Shown piece by piece: positions 53,642 through 62,778 of a stretch of DNA of 64,000 nucleotides. The stretch's first letter is position 1. Each line of letters opens with the position of its first letter. The stretch is from Oligoflexia bacterium (GTDB lineage Bacteria; Bdellovibrionota; Bacteriovoracia; Bacteriovoracales; Bacteriovoracaceae): positions 33,419-97,418 of the forward strand of contig JADFZW010000016.1 of assembly GCA_015232355.1 (NCBI GenBank), read 5' to 3'. The position numbers and the translations under genes are program-made. Under the pieces are notes generated by a model that worked only from the letters and a program-made list of their open reading frames with translations, did no database searches and was not told the origin of the DNA.

Positions 53642-55888
53642 TCAGGGACTGCAAGCACAGCGCGCTGACTTGCCATACCTGCGACCGTAGTCGTCGACGG
53701 CGCCATAGTAGCCATCAAAATAGAAGGCATTGCTGGAACCGTAGAGCGAAGACGACCAGAACCATTGGCCGTTTATTTTGAATATTTGTTCTTGATATTT
53801 TCCACCCTTATTTTTCATCTTATCTTCAAAAAGTTCATACTCTTCTAGGTTGGGAGCACGACAAGCTGGTGGCGGAAGTTTCGCTGCTAATTCTTGACTC
53901 TTTTTTCTGCGAGCATCTTTGGTCTTTAATCGATCATCAAGACTTCCATTTCCACGCATTGGTTTTAAAATTTCTTCTCTTTCGTTAAGTGCTTTTTCTA
54001 TACTAGCTCTAACGTCAGGTGGATTTAAGTCCAGGCAATACTTAATTGCCTCTTCATACGTTTTCTTTTGAACAAAGCTACTCATCCACATCAATCCCTC
54101 TTCGTCTTTCCATGCTTCTTTGCCGTCATTTACGAACGGAGGATAATCAGAAAAGTGATAAAATTTATGTCCCGAAAGTGTAGTCACTTCTTTGTCCCCG
54201 AATTTCTTTTTGTGCTCTTCAATCTTTTCTTTTAATTTTTTCTCTTCATCTTCTTGTGCTAACTTTTTCTTTTTTTCTTCTTCCGCTTGTTCTTGTAATT
54301 TTTTACTTGTATCTTCTTTTACACTTTTACTTAACTCTAACATCTTCTCTAGCTCTGCTAACTCTTGTAGCGCTTTCTCCCTTGCAACCTCTGCAACACC
54401 TGATGGTTCTTCACCGTTTGCAAATTCTTTTTTTCTTTTCTCTTCAATTAGTTTTCTTATCGAAGCAATTTTTAAATTAATCTCTCCTTTCTCTTTTTCA
54501 GAGATTGTAGATATATCACTTCCTTTTGAATATATCTTATCCATTAATGCTTTCGATCCTAGATTAACTAATTCATCTTGATAGATTTTTAAAATCTCTA
54601 AGTAAATACTGGCAAATGTTTTACGTTCAAATTGTAAATCTTCAATCATTTTTAGTGTGCGGGGATTGTGAGCATATTGAGTCCTTATTTTTTCTAGTAG
54701 TTTTCCAGAGGGACACATGTTGGGATTTTGAGGTGTGCCTGGATCTAATTTATCTGGCCCTTGAATTATCATCTGCGATTGTGTGTAGATTAAATCTTCG
54801 GGTGATAAACAGACTTTGCTTGGATCTAATAAAGTACTTTTATCATTGCTATTTTTACCTTTTACCAGCTCTAGATACTTTGCTGCTTTCATTACATCCA
54901 TCAAACTACTGATTGCTCCTCTATTGGTAAATTGATTAGTCATCGTATAGGGAAACGGCATACTCTTCGAATCTTCGATACACATCTGTTGATCTTCATT
55001 TTGTTTTTTCTCGAGTGCAAGGCCCAAGCGCATCCACAGATGGGCACTTAATTTCATAACTTCCTCTGGAACTTTTATTTTGCTGATTTGATCTTTTAGT
55101 AAATGCACTTGCAGATCTTTAAGGAGTGGACACGTGGATTTATCCTTTCCCTTTTCTTTCTGGCAGCCATTCATAACTTTAAATAGCGACTCTGCCGATG
55201 ATAATCTGTTTACTACTAAAACCTTAAATAAAATCCGGTCGAGTAATGCCATTCCAGTTGAACCATCATTCGTATTTCGAAACTTCTCTAAGAATTCATG
55301 CAAGGTCATGTTCGATGTAATGAGCGCTGTCTTTAAGTTTCCCTTGATCTCCTTATCTCCTACCATTCCTTTGCGCTCGAGCAGCACTGAGAGTGCTGAT
55401 GCCAGCACTTCTGTGTTTGCTTTGTCTATTTCATCCAAGATTGCATAGTCGTGGGTAAGTAAGCTCTGTGAAGTTTCATAATCTAGCTTTCCTGATTCTA
55501 AAAATTCTTTGCCTTTGATAGAACCTACAATCTTTTCTTGTTTAGTATTAGGGGAAAATTGCAAATTAAATAATTTCCCTTTAAGCACATCTAAAACATC
55601 TTTAGCAGTTTTAGTTTTCGATCCACCAGGACCGCCTAAGCTTAGCACGTGTTGCTCAGTTAAAACTGCGAGCAGAAGTGTATCTAAGTAACCATCCATC
55701 TCGCTATAATCTTCTCTCAATTTTTGCGATAGACTTTTAAGTCCGTCTTCTGCTTTCAACAATTCTTTGTCGTTTTCTTTAACTTCTTTAACTTCATCTT
55801 TTGCTAGAGAAGTGACTGATATAGAAAATATCAATATTAGAATGGATGTAATCAATTTTTGTTTATTCCAAAAGATTCGCATCCTCAT
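53642..55888 (-). CDS. MoxR-like AAA+ ATPase fused to a coiled-coil and a C-terminal DUF1566 (Lcl-like) domain, with an N-terminal signal/anchor sequence
   Basis: Walker A LGGPGGSKTKTA and Walker B YAILDEIDKAN. A Lys/Glu-rich coiled coil spans ~residues 470-560. The C-terminus GLMWMSS...YEEAIKYC...WFWSSS...ARCAC fits DUF1566. Confidence 0.7.
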   Translation of the reverse strand: MRMRIFWNKQKLITSILILIFSISVTSLAKDEVKEVKENDKELLKAEDGLKSLSQKLREDYSEMDGYLDTLLLAVLTEQHVLSLGGPGGSKTKTAKDVLDVLKGKLFNLQFSPNTKQEKIVGSIKGKEFLESGKLDYETSQSLLTHDYAILDEIDKANTEVLASALSVLLERKGMVGDKEIKGNLKTALITSNMTLHEFLEKFRNTNDGSTGMALLDRILFKVLVVNRLSSAESLFKVMNGCQKEKGKDKSTCPLLKDLQVHLLKDQISKIKVPEEVMKLSAHLWMRLGLALEKKQNEDQQMCIEDSKSMPFPYTMTNQFTNRGAISSLMDVMKAAKYLELVKGKNSNDKSTLLDPSKVCLSPEDLIYTQSQMIIQGPDKLDPGTPQNPNMCPSGKLLEKIRTQYAHNPRTLKMIEDLQFERKTFASIYLEILKIYQDELVNLGSKALMDKIYSKGSDISTISEKEKGEINLKIASIRKLIEEKRKKEFANGEEPSGVAEVAREKALQELAELEKMLELSKSVKEDTSKKLQEQAEEEKKKKLAQEDEEKKLKEKIEEHKKKFGDKEVTTLSGHKFYHFSDYPPFVNDGKEAWKDEEGLMWMSSFVQKKTYEEAIKYCLDLNPPDVRASIEKALNEREEILKPMRGNGSLDDRLKTKDARRKKSQELAAKLPPPACRAPNLEEYELFEDKMKNKGGKYQEQIFKINGQWFWSSSLYGSSNAFYFDGYYGAVDDYGRRYGKSARCACSP

Positions 55889-56047
55889 CTCCTCGTCTTT
55901 TCTTTGTTTTTATTATTACTATGTATTCTAACTAAACTGATCGGTGTTTTTGATTATTTCTTGAGTGTAAAAAACAATTAAATTAATTCTTTTGATCCGA
56001 CTGGTCCCACAAGTGTCGTCACTCGGGCAACTCTCGTAATGGTGATG

Positions 56048-56114
56048 GTGCCACTTTACCTTTGGTAGTTCTATAGCAACTAATGTACTGTTGCTACCAT
56101 TTGGAGTGTGGCAC
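56048..56114 (+). repeat. palindromic interspersed element, copy d (complete short form, 67 nt)
   Basis: GTGCCACTTTACCTTTGGTAG-loop-GCTACCATTTGGAGTGTGGCAC. The terminal 7 bp pair perfectly. Confidence 0.75.
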
Positions 56115-56246
56115 ATTTTCACATTTTCATTTTCTCAAAAAAAATACCTCTTGCTTTTTATTCTAAAAATAGATAATATTATACATATGTCTATAGACAT
56201 GGCCATGGACACATGTATATTTGCCTTTAAAAAAAAGGGGTATTAA

Positions 56247-56492
56247 GTGAAAAAAGTAGTCAAGCAAATTTCCGCAGGAGAATTCAAGCAAACTTGTCTC
56301 GCTTTGATGGATAAAGTTGCTAGTCAACACATCGAATACATTGTCACCAAAAGAGGAGTACCGGTCGTTCGTGTTGTTCCTGCTGAAAAGTACGAACAAC
56401 CTTCACCAATTTTTGGTTCTCTGGCAAATCATGTAACATATATTGAAGATTTAACAAAACCTACAAGAGAGAAATGGGATGCTGAAGAATAA
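56247..56492 (+). CDS. Phd/YefM-family type II antitoxin
   Basis: GTG start. ISAGEFKQTCLALMDKVASQHIEYIVTKRGVPVVRVVP is a typical Phd/YefM N-terminus. The ORF overlaps the PIN gene. Confidence 0.85.
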   Translation: MKKVVKQISAGEFKQTCLALMDKVASQHIEYIVTKRGVPVVRVVPAEKYEQPSPIFGSLANHVTYIEDLTKPTREKWDAEE

Positions 56493-56949
56493 AGCACGGT
56501 CCTCTTCAAATTCAACAACATCATCATCACTTTCTATCTCACCTTTACTTCTTGATACCTGTGCATGGGTTTGGCTTGTAGATGGTAATGAACGAATCAA
56601 ACGAACAAAAATTTTAGATCAAATTGAAAAGGCTGCTTATGATCATCGCCTCTTTCTTGCACCAATTTCAATGTGGGAAATTGCTACTAAGATATCAAAA
56701 AAGAAGTTAACCATATCACTACCAATCCTAGAGTGGATAAAGCAAGGAAAATATCGATCACGAATTATCGATGCTCCATTCAATGAAGAGATCGCTTGCG
56801 ATAGTGCTGAACTAGAAGATTTTCATGGTGATCCTGCAGATAGAATAATCGTGTCGACTGCCAGACATCTTAATGCTTTTTTGATCACTGGAGATTCTAA
56901 AATTATTTCATATGCAAAAAAAGGACATGTATCGGTTCTTAAAATTTAA
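56479..56949 (+). CDS. vapC: PIN-domain toxin (VapC family)
   Basis: LLLDTCAWVW (first acidic residue), SMWEIATK, DPADRIIVSTA, and LITGDSKI. A Ser-rich N-terminal extension is present. Confidence 0.85.
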   Translation: MLKNKARSSSNSTTSSSLSISPLLLDTCAWVWLVDGNERIKRTKILDQIEKAAYDHRLFLAPISMWEIATKISKKKLTISLPILEWIKQGKYRSRIIDAPFNEEIACDSAELEDFHGDPADRIIVSTARHLNAFLITGDSKIISYAKKGHVSVLKI

Positions 56950-56977
56950 TTGTTTATTTGCCTTACCGATATGCCTT

Positions 56978-58585
56978 CTATGCTTTCTCCTTAGGAATAA
57001 GTGTTGAAGGAGTTGGCCAGCGCTTGCTCATCTTTAAGCATCTATCATCGAAATTACCCTTCATTAAAATAAAGAATTGATTATCTATGACTGTTTCCGC
57101 TTTATATTTCATGCAATCACTTTCAATTTGAATAATATCTTTGAAGACCAAAGGATTTAAATCACCATGAGCACGTTTTTCTAATAATAGGTAATCAAAG
57201 CTTAAAGTATTATCTGTTACTTCACAAAATTGATATAATTTCATATTTGGTTTTAATATGCTCGCAATAACTCCACCACTGGCCAAAATTTTTGTATCTT
57301 TGTTTAGAATTACTATCTTGTAAATTTTATCTTTTATTTCTTTGAGCGCACGCAATTTTTCTCTAGCTTCCTCATAGGAATAATTTGCATCTTTATCTAG
57401 CAATAAAGTGTTTTTCACCATCTTAGTATATCTAGATGATGAGAGGCAGAGGAAAATAATAATGATGGAATATAGTAGTAGTTTATTCTTAAGGATGTGA
57501 TCTGATAGAGAGGAGAATATGATGACTGCCAAGAACGGTACTATCATGGGTACAGAGTGATGATGAACCATGTAGTTGGCAAGTGCATGTAAAAAAAACA
57601 TTGGGCCCACAAAGAGTATTGCTGCTGTAAGCGGGTGTTTTATTAGTGACTGAAGTGATTGAAGAGGATGAAGTGATTTAATCTTAATCTCATATTTAAA
57701 AAACAATAAAGATATAAAAATATAGGGAACAAATACTTTATAGGGGAAGGAGAAAGTTTTAAAACGTTCCCATATAAAAAATATGTGCTGCTCTATAAGT
57801 TGTTTTAAAAGAGTATCTCCATAATCAACTGTTGGCCCTAAAAGAATTGGTCGTAGATGAGAGTAGAGGTAATAGTGAGTAGCGCCTATTGAAAATATTA
57901 CTACGAATCGCTTGAATTTTTTGTTTAATAAAAAATAACTGCTGAAAGAAATCAGCATCAGTGGAAAAATCTCTCTGTACCAACAGATAATAAATGAAAA
58001 AATTACTACTGGAATAAATTTATCTTTAATTAAAAAATAAAAAAGTAAAAAGAGTGGAAGCATTGACCATGTTGTTGGGTGAATGGGAAATTCCAATCCT
58101 TGAAGAAATGAGCGTGAGAAGATTATTAGTGATAGCGAAAATAAAATTTTAGCAGTATTATTTTTTCTCTCATTTTTGATCAAAACAAATGTACATATAA
58201 TAAGCAAAACAAACCACATCCATTCAAAAAAGATTAGAGAGTAGGGTGTGTATCCCCAAACTTTGCACCATAGTGCTGCTAAAAAGATTATAGGATCTAC
58301 GTGATCATTAAAAATTCCCGTTCCTTTTATTGTTAAGTAGGGATTTAAATTATCAAATGATAAATCGTAGATTGCTTGTTGGTAGATGGAAAAATCATTA
58401 GCATTAATATTTAAAAATAGGGCCCTAACAGAATTAGAGATTGGAATCAGAACAATAAGAAAAGAAAAAAGACAAAAAAAGAAAAATATAAAACGGTTAT
58501 TATTAGTGGTTTTCATAAAGATCATACTGATCATACTGATCATAAAGAATTTGAGCAATTTTTTCACTACTAAAACCATCGCCAT
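56978..58585 (-). CDS. DUF2079-like polytopic membrane protein (paralog of 51647-53350)
   Basis: DFSIYQQAIY and IFNDHVDPIIFL, with many TM helices. The real start is probably an internal Met (58516-58543), because the ORF-track start overlaps wecB by 83 nt. Confidence 0.55.
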   Translation of the reverse strand: MAMVLVVKKLLKFFMISMISMIFMKTTNNNRFIFFFFCLFSFLIVLIPISNSVRALFLNINANDFSIYQQAIYDLSFDNLNPYLTIKGTGIFNDHVDPIIFLAALWCKVWGYTPYSLIFFEWMWFVLLIICTFVLIKNERKNNTAKILFSLSLIIFSRSFLQGLEFPIHPTTWSMLPLFLLFYFLIKDKFIPVVIFSFIICWYREIFPLMLISFSSYFLLNKKFKRFVVIFSIGATHYYLYSHLRPILLGPTVDYGDTLLKQLIEQHIFFIWERFKTFSFPYKVFVPYIFISLLFFKYEIKIKSLHPLQSLQSLIKHPLTAAILFVGPMFFLHALANYMVHHHSVPMIVPFLAVIIFSSLSDHILKNKLLLYSIIIIFLCLSSSRYTKMVKNTLLLDKDANYSYEEAREKLRALKEIKDKIYKIVILNKDTKILASGGVIASILKPNMKLYQFCEVTDNTLSFDYLLLEKRAHGDLNPLVFKDIIQIESDCMKYKAETVIDNQFFILMKGNFDDRCLKMSKRWPTPSTLIPKEKA

Positions 58586-59717
58586 AGATATTATTAGGTA
58601 ATAGTGTTTTGTTTTGTTTATTCTTCTGATTATTATCTTGATTATTGTTTTGAAATTTCTTTCCTAGATCATTGGCCCACTCAAGTGTTTCAAAAAACTC
58701 TTTTGAATCAAAACTAGTCAATTTAGCAATGCCGGCATCTACTGCTTCCATTCGCTCGGTAACTTTCCTGCAAACAACTACAGGGATATTAATAGTGGCC
58801 GCTTCTTCTTGAATTCCTCCTGAATCTGTAATTACAAATCTGGAGTTGGCAATGGCGTGAACAGTTTGCAAATAGTTTAATGGTTCTAGTAAAGATATTT
58901 GAGGGTGATCATTTAAAATCTTTTTGGCCCAAGGACGAGCAACATTGTTTGGATGCATAGGATAGATGATATGAAGATCAGAGTGTTTATTTACAAATTC
59001 TTTCAAATTTTCAAACCAGCGAATAACTGGTTCTCCCTCTGATTCTCTTCTGTGGGCGGTAAGAAGTACTATTGATCTATTATTTTTATTTTGATTATCC
59101 TTAATAATTCTCTTAATATTTTCTGGAATTTGTTTATTTAGCATTAATCTAAAGGCATCTATTCCTGTATTTCCAGTTACAAATATTTTATCAGCGCTCA
59201 CTCCCTCTCTAGTTAAAACATCTCTGGCCCTAATAGTGGGAGCTAAGTGAAGTGTTGCTATACTTGAGATTATTTTTCTGTTTGCTTCCTCTGGAAAAGG
59301 ATTATAGAGATCGCAGGTACGAAGCCCGGCCTCATTATGAATAACATTTATCTTATTTAAAAATGAAACCCATGCTGCCATTGCAGCGGTGGTAGTGTCC
59401 CCTTGAACTATTACCCATTTAGGTTTGGCATCTTTAGTAGCACTCCTCGAGCTGTTTGAAAAAATCTCATTAAATTTTAAAATGATTTTTGCAGCAATCT
59501 CAGCAGGAGTTTGAGCTTCACTCATTAAATCAAAATTATAATCAAGTTTAAGATCAAATTGCTCGAGGGCCGTCGTTAAGAGTTCTCTATGTTGACCAGT
59601 CCCAATCAATGCTACTTTGTCCTGACCAAATTTATTTTTAAGGGCATTATATAAAGCTGCCTGCTTTATTACTTCAGGTCTAGTTCCTACAATCACCCAG
59701 ATAGGTTTATCAATCAT
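58503..59717 (-). CDS. wecB: UDP-N-acetylglucosamine 2-epimerase (non-hydrolysing)
   Basis: VGTRPEVIK, VQGDTTTA, HNEAGLRT, PEEANR, and DSGGIQEEA. Confidence 0.92.
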   Translation of the reverse strand: MIDKPIWVIVGTRPEVIKQAALYNALKNKFGQDKVALIGTGQHRELLTTALEQFDLKLDYNFDLMSEAQTPAEIAAKIILKFNEIFSNSSRSATKDAKPKWVIVQGDTTTAAMAAWVSFLNKINVIHNEAGLRTCDLYNPFPEEANRKIISSIATLHLAPTIRARDVLTREGVSADKIFVTGNTGIDAFRLMLNKQIPENIKRIIKDNQNKNNRSIVLLTAHRRESEGEPVIRWFENLKEFVNKHSDLHIIYPMHPNNVARPWAKKILNDHPQISLLEPLNYLQTVHAIANSRFVITDSGGIQEEAATINIPVVVCRKVTERMEAVDAGIAKLTSFDSKEFFETLEWANDLGKKFQNNNQDNNQKNKQNKTLLPNNIYGDGFSSEKIAQILYDQYDQYDLYENH

Positions 59718-59721
59718 GCTT

Positions 59722-61329
59722 TTATTTCTCTTTTTCTTTTTCTTTCTCTCTTTCCAATCTTGGAAAAAGGATCAACCCTTCTGCGATATTAAAACACAAA
59801 TTATAATCGAATGTTGTATCCTTAAATGAATCGCGCTTAATCGAGAAGTAATCGAAAAATTTCTTGCTTGATTCTGGGATAACCGGGGTTAACAAGATAG
59901 TTGCAACTCGAAGTGACTCTAAAGTGATATAGAGAATTTGTTTTAGGCGTGGAAGGTTTTCTTCTCCCTTTAGTCCCCAAGGTGCCATTTTAGTAAAGTA
60001 GCGATTAACTTCTGACAAGAAAGCAAAGACTGCATCGAGTGCAAAATTAAATTCAAAGTGCCCCATCTTCTCTAAGTATTTAGCAACTAAGTCTACATCA
60101 ATCTTCGACAATAACTCTTTATCATCATCAGTTAATTTACTCTTATCTATTCCATCAATTGTAGTTATATTATTTTTCTTCGCCAGACCCAGTGTACGAT
60201 TAAGCAAATTTCCATAGTTGTTGGCCAAATTGGAATTATAGCTTTCGATCAATAAATCCTCTGAATATGCAGAATCAGATCCAGCATTTATCGAATGAAG
60301 CATAAAATAGCGAATAGGGTTTGGCCCATATTTTTCAAGTAACAAAATTGGATCAATTACATTGCCCTCTGATTTAGACATCTTTTGTCCAGATGGTGCT
60401 AATATAAATCCATGAACAAAAATTCTTTTTGGTAAATCAATTCCTGCACTCAAAAGCATTGCTGGCCAAATGGCGGCGTGAAAGCGCAAGATATCTTTTC
60501 CAATTAAATGAATTTGCGCTGGCCACTCACGCGCAAATCTCTCATCATCATAACCATAACCAGAACCAGAGATATAGTTTACCAAAGCATCACACCAAAC
60601 ATAGATAACATGATTTGGATCTCCGGGAACTTTAATTCCCCAAGGTAAAATATCTGCAGGTCTAGAAAAACTTACATCTTGCAAACCACCTTTAATAAAC
60701 GACAAGATTTCATTTTTTCTACTCTTAGGAATTATCTCATATTGATCGCTTTCAATAATTTTTTCAATTTGATCTTGATACTTGGATAATTTAAAGAAAT
60801 AATTTTCTTCTTCCACAATCTTTGGAGTTTGATTTTGATGAATAGGGCATTTACCACTATCATCTAGCTCACTTTCCGTCTTAAAAGATTCACAACCAGC
60901 GCAGTAGGTTCCTTTATAATTTTTCTTATAAATATCTCCCTTCGACATTAAAACATTCCACATCTTTTCAACAGAAGGAAGATGCTTTTCTTTATCAGTA
61001 GTTCGAAGAATTCTATCGTGAGATAATCCTAATCCTTCAAACATCTTCACAAATTGTAAATAATTTTGATCAACCAATTCTTGAGGAGTGATTTGCATCT
61101 TAGTAGCAGTATCATAGATCTTCACTCCATGTTCATCAGTTCCAACCTGAAATACTACATTTTCACCCTTCATTTTATAAAAACGAGCAACAGCATCGAT
61201 TTGAACATACTCTAGTAAATGGCCAATGTGTGGAGGACCATTTAGGTATGCAATGGCATTATTAATATAAAATTTTTTATCTTTAGAAGAGGAAGAGGAT
61301 GAGGATGAGGATGTCATATTTTTTTTCAC
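59722..61329 (-). CDS. metG: methionine--tRNA ligase (short form without the C-terminal dimerisation/tRNA-binding domain)
   Basis: HIGH-type PPHIGHLLE, zinc knuckle CAGCESF...CPIH, and KMSKS. It ends in an (EK)n tract. Confidence 0.97.
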   Translation of the reverse strand: MKKNMTSSSSSSSSSKDKKFYINNAIAYLNGPPHIGHLLEYVQIDAVARFYKMKGENVVFQVGTDEHGVKIYDTATKMQITPQELVDQNYLQFVKMFEGLGLSHDRILRTTDKEKHLPSVEKMWNVLMSKGDIYKKNYKGTYCAGCESFKTESELDDSGKCPIHQNQTPKIVEEENYFFKLSKYQDQIEKIIESDQYEIIPKSRKNEILSFIKGGLQDVSFSRPADILPWGIKVPGDPNHVIYVWCDALVNYISGSGYGYDDERFAREWPAQIHLIGKDILRFHAAIWPAMLLSAGIDLPKRIFVHGFILAPSGQKMSKSEGNVIDPILLLEKYGPNPIRYFMLHSINAGSDSAYSEDLLIESYNSNLANNYGNLLNRTLGLAKKNNITTIDGIDKSKLTDDDKELLSKIDVDLVAKYLEKMGHFEFNFALDAVFAFLSEVNRYFTKMAPWGLKGEENLPRLKQILYITLESLRVATILLTPVIPESSKKFFDYFSIKRDSFKDTTFDYNLCFNIAEGLILFPRLEREKEKEKEK

Positions 61330-61402
61330 CTAATGTTAAAATGATCTATGATAATAACATCGCTCACTTTATCAATTACTTTGCCTCTAAGCAACTTTCA
61401 AA

Positions 61403-62746
61403 TCAATGTAAATCAAATGGTTGCCCTGTTGCCTTCAGAACACTTTGCCACAATTCACTCTCTAAAGAGATTACATTACGACCTGAGGTTGCAAGTTTTA
61501 GAGGAAGGTGTGTGAAAGATCCTTTCCAATATCCAATAGTAAGTCCTGTTTTTCCGGCCATAGCGGCATCAATTGCATAACTTCCTAATTGGCCTGCAAA
61601 GACTGCATCGGTAGGGTAGGCAGGAGCACTTCTAATCATATAGCTTGGATCAATATATTTTAAATTAAGTTCAATATTTTTTTGCTTAAAATATTTTTTA
61701 ATCTCTTGCTCTAAGAGATGTCCGATATCTTCCAACTTGGCATTTCCGGAAGCATCTTTTTTAGGTTTACCATTTTCATCTCTCTCTTCTTTAAAATATT
61801 CCTGACCTGCTCCCTCAGCTACAACTATTACCATGTGACCTCTGTTTGCTAATCTCTTTTCAGCAAACTTCATCACCGATTCCATTTTAAATTTTTGCTC
61901 TGGAATTAAAACCATATTCACTTCTCTTAAAGCCAAGGCGGCATAGGCAGCGATAAATCCCGAATGACGTCCCATTAATTTTACAAGGCCAACACCGTTA
62001 GGAGCTCCTGTTGCTTCGACATGTGCTCTAGTTATTGCTTCTGCTGCCTCTGAAAATGCGGTTTCAAAACCAAAAGTTTTATCGATATATAATAAGTCAT
62101 TGTCGATGGTTTTTGGAATACCTACAACGGAAATTTTTAATCCACGTCTCTTAATCTCTTCATAAATCTCATTCGCACCTCGAAATGTTCCGTCACCACC
62201 AATAGTTATTAGAGAATTTACCTCTAACTTAATTAAGGTATCTACAATTTTCCTCACGTCCTGATTCCCTCGAGAAGATCCTAATACACTTCCACCCTGT
62301 TCATGAATATAGCGAACACTTTTTGGTGTTAACTCTTTTGGTGAATATCCAAATTCTGGAACAAGACCTTGATAGCCAAATGGTATTCCATAAAATTTTT
62401 TAGCATTGTATCCGTAATATGCTCTCATAACCGCAGATCGTACTACATTGTTTATTCCTGGACATAATCCTCCACAGGTAACAATCGCAAAGGTTGTCTC
62501 CTTTGGATTAAAATAGAGTTTTTTTCTTTGTCCCGCTAGCTCAAATGATAATGGGATTTGTGATGATAAACCAACATTATCACAAACATTAATTACATTC
62601 TCAAACAAAATTCTTCTATTATCACTCTCATATTTAATCCAATTTTCATCATACGTTGATGTTATATTTATTGGAGCATCATAAAATTGTTCCCCCAAAG
62701 AATCTATTTCTAATTGTTTATAAGTTAAATTAATTTGATTTTCCAT
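61403..62746 (-). CDS. pfk: 6-phosphofructokinase (long PFK clade; motifs GGDGT and PKTIDND)
   Basis: TCGGLCPGINN, IGGDGT, PKTIDNDL, and MGRHSGF. The ATG at 62746 follows GGAGGAAG and is preferred over the ORF-track start at 62782. Confidence 0.9.
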   Translation of the reverse strand: MENQINLTYKQLEIDSLGEQFYDAPINITSTYDENWIKYESDNRRILFENVINVCDNVGLSSQIPLSFELAGQRKKLYFNPKETTFAIVTCGGLCPGINNVVRSAVMRAYYGYNAKKFYGIPFGYQGLVPEFGYSPKELTPKSVRYIHEQGGSVLGSSRGNQDVRKIVDTLIKLEVNSLITIGGDGTFRGANEIYEEIKRRGLKISVVGIPKTIDNDLLYIDKTFGFETAFSEAAEAITRAHVEATGAPNGVGLVKLMGRHSGFIAAYAALALREVNMVLIPEQKFKMESVMKFAEKRLANRGHMVIVVAEGAGQEYFKEERDENGKPKKDASGNAKLEDIGHLLEQEIKKYFKQKNIELNLKYIDPSYMIRSAPAYPTDAVFAGQLGSYAIDAAMAGKTGLTIGYWKGSFTHLPLKLATSGRNVISLESELWQSVLKATGQPFDLH

Positions 62747-62778
62747 ATCTCTCTTCCTCCTTCTTCTCCTATTAAAAA

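Noticed and set aside
54192-54581. Several plus-strand ORFs (54192-54581, 54256-54480, 54616-54912, 55134-55448, 55509-55691) inside the AAA+/DUF1566 gene
   Set aside because: They are antisense shadows of a 748-aa gene with clear Walker motifs. The Ser/Phe/Leu-rich translations are typical of reading Lys/Glu-rich codons backwards.
56095-56125. Sigma-54 promoter (TGGCAC-N5-TTGC) inside the element arms (TGGCAC occurs in copy d and on the reverse strand of copies a and c)
   Set aside because: The -12 GC is absent or mis-spaced by 1-2 nt in every copy I checked.
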